Shown: in pieces, positions 60,880 to 64,000 of the stretch
How the letters are laid out: the number at the start of each line of letters is the position of its first letter
How positions within the stretch are numbered: position 1 is the first letter of the stretch
DNA from: Rhodosorus marinus CCMP1338
Taxonomy: Eukaryota > Plantae > Rhodophyta
Reading direction: 5' to 3'
DNA: 64,000 bases
NCBI GenBank assembly: GCA_029953675.1
Contig: JAMWBK010000002.1
Span: forward strand, 2,728,001-2,792,000
The notes under the pieces: generated by a model
Database searches by the model: none
Told to the model about the DNA's origin: nothing
The model's input: the letters and a program-made list of their open reading frames with translations, nothing else
Translations under genes and position numbers: made by a program

Positions 60880-62195
60880 CTAGTTCTGGATCTTCTTAAC
60901 AGCTTTTATCATTCCATAGGTCATGAGCCCGTCTCGAAACGCTCTGTGCATTCGTTCGAGACAGACGATCTCCCTGATCACCTTCCACCAGACGACCGGG
61001 GAACTGAAAACCACCGGCCAAGGGTTGATGACACCGACAAGAATCGAATGCCTCCAAGACGCTATAGTCTGCTGCACCCAATTGTCAGTCCCAATCTGAT
61101 CGATGGAAAAGGAAAAGACAAAACAGAACACCAATTAAGCCTTCCATCGCAACAGTATAGCCCGTGTCATAATCATCACAGTAAAAGGCAAACCTAGTTC
61201 CCCTCACCTTCTCCAGGCTTCCGGTCCCCTTCATAAACCTAGCAAACTGTTCGATCGAAATAAAGAACGGATGGCTCCACTCGTCGTAGAGGAATTGCAA
61301 TCTGGATCGCTCCTCTTCTGAGAATTTAGGAGGCGATTCACGCTGACACCAGCACGCGACAATGAGTTTACCGCCAGGCTTGAGGACTCTAGTCATTTCC
61401 TCAATGTACCTAGGAGCAGGGTCGGCATGCACAAAACGAATTCGTTAGCACTCCTAAGAACAAGGACAGCAAGTGAATAAAGGCTGACAAGTGATCTCCG
61501 TACTTTTGTTTATCGGGCATGTGTTCTCCACTCTCACAAGCCCAGACGAGGTCAAACGTGTTGTCTTCGTAGTCCATGTGCAAAGCGTCCATTGCCTTGA
61601 ATTCCACATTAGCTAAGTCCTGCTCTACAGCAAGCTCAGTTCCACGACGAACCTGTTCCCGAGAAAGCGTTATTCCAGTGACTTTCGCATCTGGATACTT
61701 CTTTGCAAGGATCCTTGAAGATCCTCCAAAGCCACATCCAACATCCAAAATTCGCTCTGCATTTTCAAGGTTGTCGGCGTCACCCCATTCCATCATCTTA
61801 TCCACAAAGACGTATTTAGCCTGCTTAAAGTTGGCCTTCCACCAACCACTAGCTCTTTCCTCTTCAGTGTAGTACCCCAGGTGGATATGTTCTCCCCAAA
61901 ACTTTTCCAAAATGCCTTCGTTGGTCCACTCGTCATATTCCTTACCCACACCTTCAAAGGATCCATTGTACGGTCTAGAAGGAGTGTCAAGAACCTTCTT
62001 TATACTCCTAGCCAGTACCGCTGCCAAAGCCGCGAATCCTACTGCTGCTCCGACTGCAGGTGCGGGCATTACCATATCCACTCTCCCGGATCTACTAGAA
62101 AAATTCCTTACATACCTCCTTCTCACATCAGGAAGAGCCTGTCTCCTTGACGATCCTAGCCCCACACTCCCCCCAACAAAGCAAACCGCTGACAT
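60880..62195 (-). CDS. Plastid-targeted cyanobacterial-type MPBQ/MSBQ (tocopherol/plastoquinone) SAM methyltransferase, 3 exons
   Basis: Transit peptide MSAVCFVGG, then DTPSRPY...EYDEWTNEGILEKFWGEHIHLGYY, ILDVGCGFGG, DLVWACESGEHMPDK and RVLKPGG. A gamma-tocopherol methyltransferase paralogue cannot be fully excluded. Confidence 0.85.
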
Positions 62196-64000
62196 CGTTC
62201 CTCGACGAACACACCCACAGGCAGCCCTTGCCAAACTCGGAGAAACTGCCAGGCCCTCGTCCTACCAAACCATCCGACCCGCGGTCTAAACTCACGGTCC
62301 ACTCTCCTCCCACTAGAACTGTGGATTCTCCCCTTTAACTTTTATAAGAGCAAAAAAAAACAACAGCGATAGTTTGACTTCAATAACCGGGACCAACCTC
62401 GGCATTAAGCGCTGGTTCCGTTGCCATCCATTTCACACCCCCCTCAGCAAATGCACCTATTGAAAGAAAATTTGTGGCCATCAGCTTCTTACGCGATCGA
62501 CCTATTGAAATTCTGTTAAAGATATTCTTCTGAAATAAAACAATTCTTTTTAGTATTCTTTTATACAGTAAAATATTGTATATATGATGAAGAAAACGAT
62601 GTTGATTAGTTGTCGTCGGGGCGCGATGATTTCCAGGGTTTCAATCGGTATTGAATTCCTCCATTTTTCGGAGGGCTGTTTTTAGTACCAGCATTGTGTG
62701 TCAGGAGGTCCAAGAGATAGGCACCAACAGGGCACTGGACTTCCGGAGGAGCTAGACGCCACGGGGGGTCTGCCATGACGACCTCTGCGGTTCATTTTTA
62801 ATCACTACAGGATATGTGTGACTGCTGATCTTCATGGAGAGGGTGCAGCTGGGTGAGGCTGTATGCAGTTAGGAAGAAACGAGATACGAAGCTGTTCCCA
62901 GAGCATGTCAATTTATGGAAAGGCAGATTAAGGCGGTGGTAAGGAGACTACACGGACGGCGGTGGTGGCTATATAAACATGAAGAGATATAAGAAAGCGA
63001 AGGGGACTGTACGGGATCCTACGGCACCAGCAAATCGTAGCGCCAATCAGTTGGCGCAGAGCCTTGTTGTAGTCACCCCGAGGCTGAGGTCGACTCTCTC
63101 TGAGCGTGGATTGCCTGGTTTGTCTGGTTTGCTTTTGGCCGGAAGCAATCCCAGCTCTGCAGAAGTTCATAAACAATACACCCCGGAAAGTTTTGGAATG
63201 GAAAATCTGGCATGAATTGATTTCAGGCAACCGACCAAGGGATTTTTTAGATGCAAACTTTCCGATCAATAAGTCACGACGTTAAAGTCAGTGAAAAACT
63301 CACGAAGCTGCACGGTAGGGTTACTCAAGGGGTCCTTATGGAGAACAGGGAGAACCTGACGCACTGGGTGTTTGTTGTGTGATGACGAATCGCTTCATGA
63401 CAGTGAGATGTGCCATGATACCCGAGGAGGAGGCCTACTCAGGGTATGCAGATCGATGTAGGCCGTAGTGCAGAGTCTCTGGTTCGGGCTACTGAGTTTA
63501 ACACCTAATCTCAATGCCAACAAGTACGTTGTAGAACCCTGTCAGACTCAGATCGAGCAAAAGGGTGGCGGACTTTGGAAGGCATGGTGTAGCCCCTTGT
63601 AAACTTATTTCTCCTGCGACAGAACGCGATTGTCACACATTGCGGTGGTGTGTGCTCAGGTGGACATGCCCATGTAGCATCTATCCACCAAATCGAGCTG
63701 AAAGAAGCTCACAGATATTCAGAAGAAGCGTGCCATATGTAGCAAGCACAGCCGGCAACTGGCAGCTCAATAATTCGTTCCCCAATAGGGGCATTCAATT
63801 TTTCTTCATCATACGAATGAGCTTTGATATAGTTTATTTTAACTCAAAGACTAGTTTACTACCTGGGGGCCTCCTCTTCATGAATATACAAAATACATTT
63901 GGATATTTTCCATGCCCCAATATATCCGAAACGTGCCCGGAGATCGATGGATACCCATCAAAATTTTTAGTATCGCCGGAGGGCGTTAAACTCAGTGGGG

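Noticed and set aside
62979-63215. MKRYKKAKGTVRDPTAP resembling the start of an HMG box (KKxKDPNAP)
   Set aside because: The similarity ends immediately and no HMG helices follow in any frame I could join.

Overview
Gene-dense eukaryotic nuclear DNA with many short (about 50-185 bp) GT-AG introns carrying CTAAC/CTGAC-type branch points. Plastid-type transit peptides without a signal peptide, a cyanobacterial-type prenylquinol methyltransferase, a stand-alone Hint protein and a degenerate Pol II CTD suggest a red alga (inference, not confirmed). About 22 genes are supported: an EamA transporter, plastid Der GTPase, XPF, a DUF455 di-iron protein, SAE2/UBA2, FolD, mitochondrial PDH E1-beta, an RST1/focadhesin-like ARM protein, signal peptide peptidase, SPT2, RPB1, a THUMP protein, a monoacylglycerol-lipase-like hydrolase, POLD2, an MPBQ/MSBQ methyltransferase and several orphans. 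Most interesting: (1) a head-to-head pair of intact transposase-derived genes, a 971-aa Sola-like DDD protein with an altered third catalytic motif and a mariner DNA-binding-domain-only protein; (2) a candidate securin; (3) an RPB1 CTD split by four phase-2 introns into in-frame skippable exons; (4) a Hint protein whose catalytic Cys follows its signal peptide directly; (5) two decayed ~170-200 bp tandem arrays flanking the SPP gene. I recognised no tRNA, rRNA gene or CRISPR array. Exon boundaries were inferred by eye and need RNA-seq confirmation.
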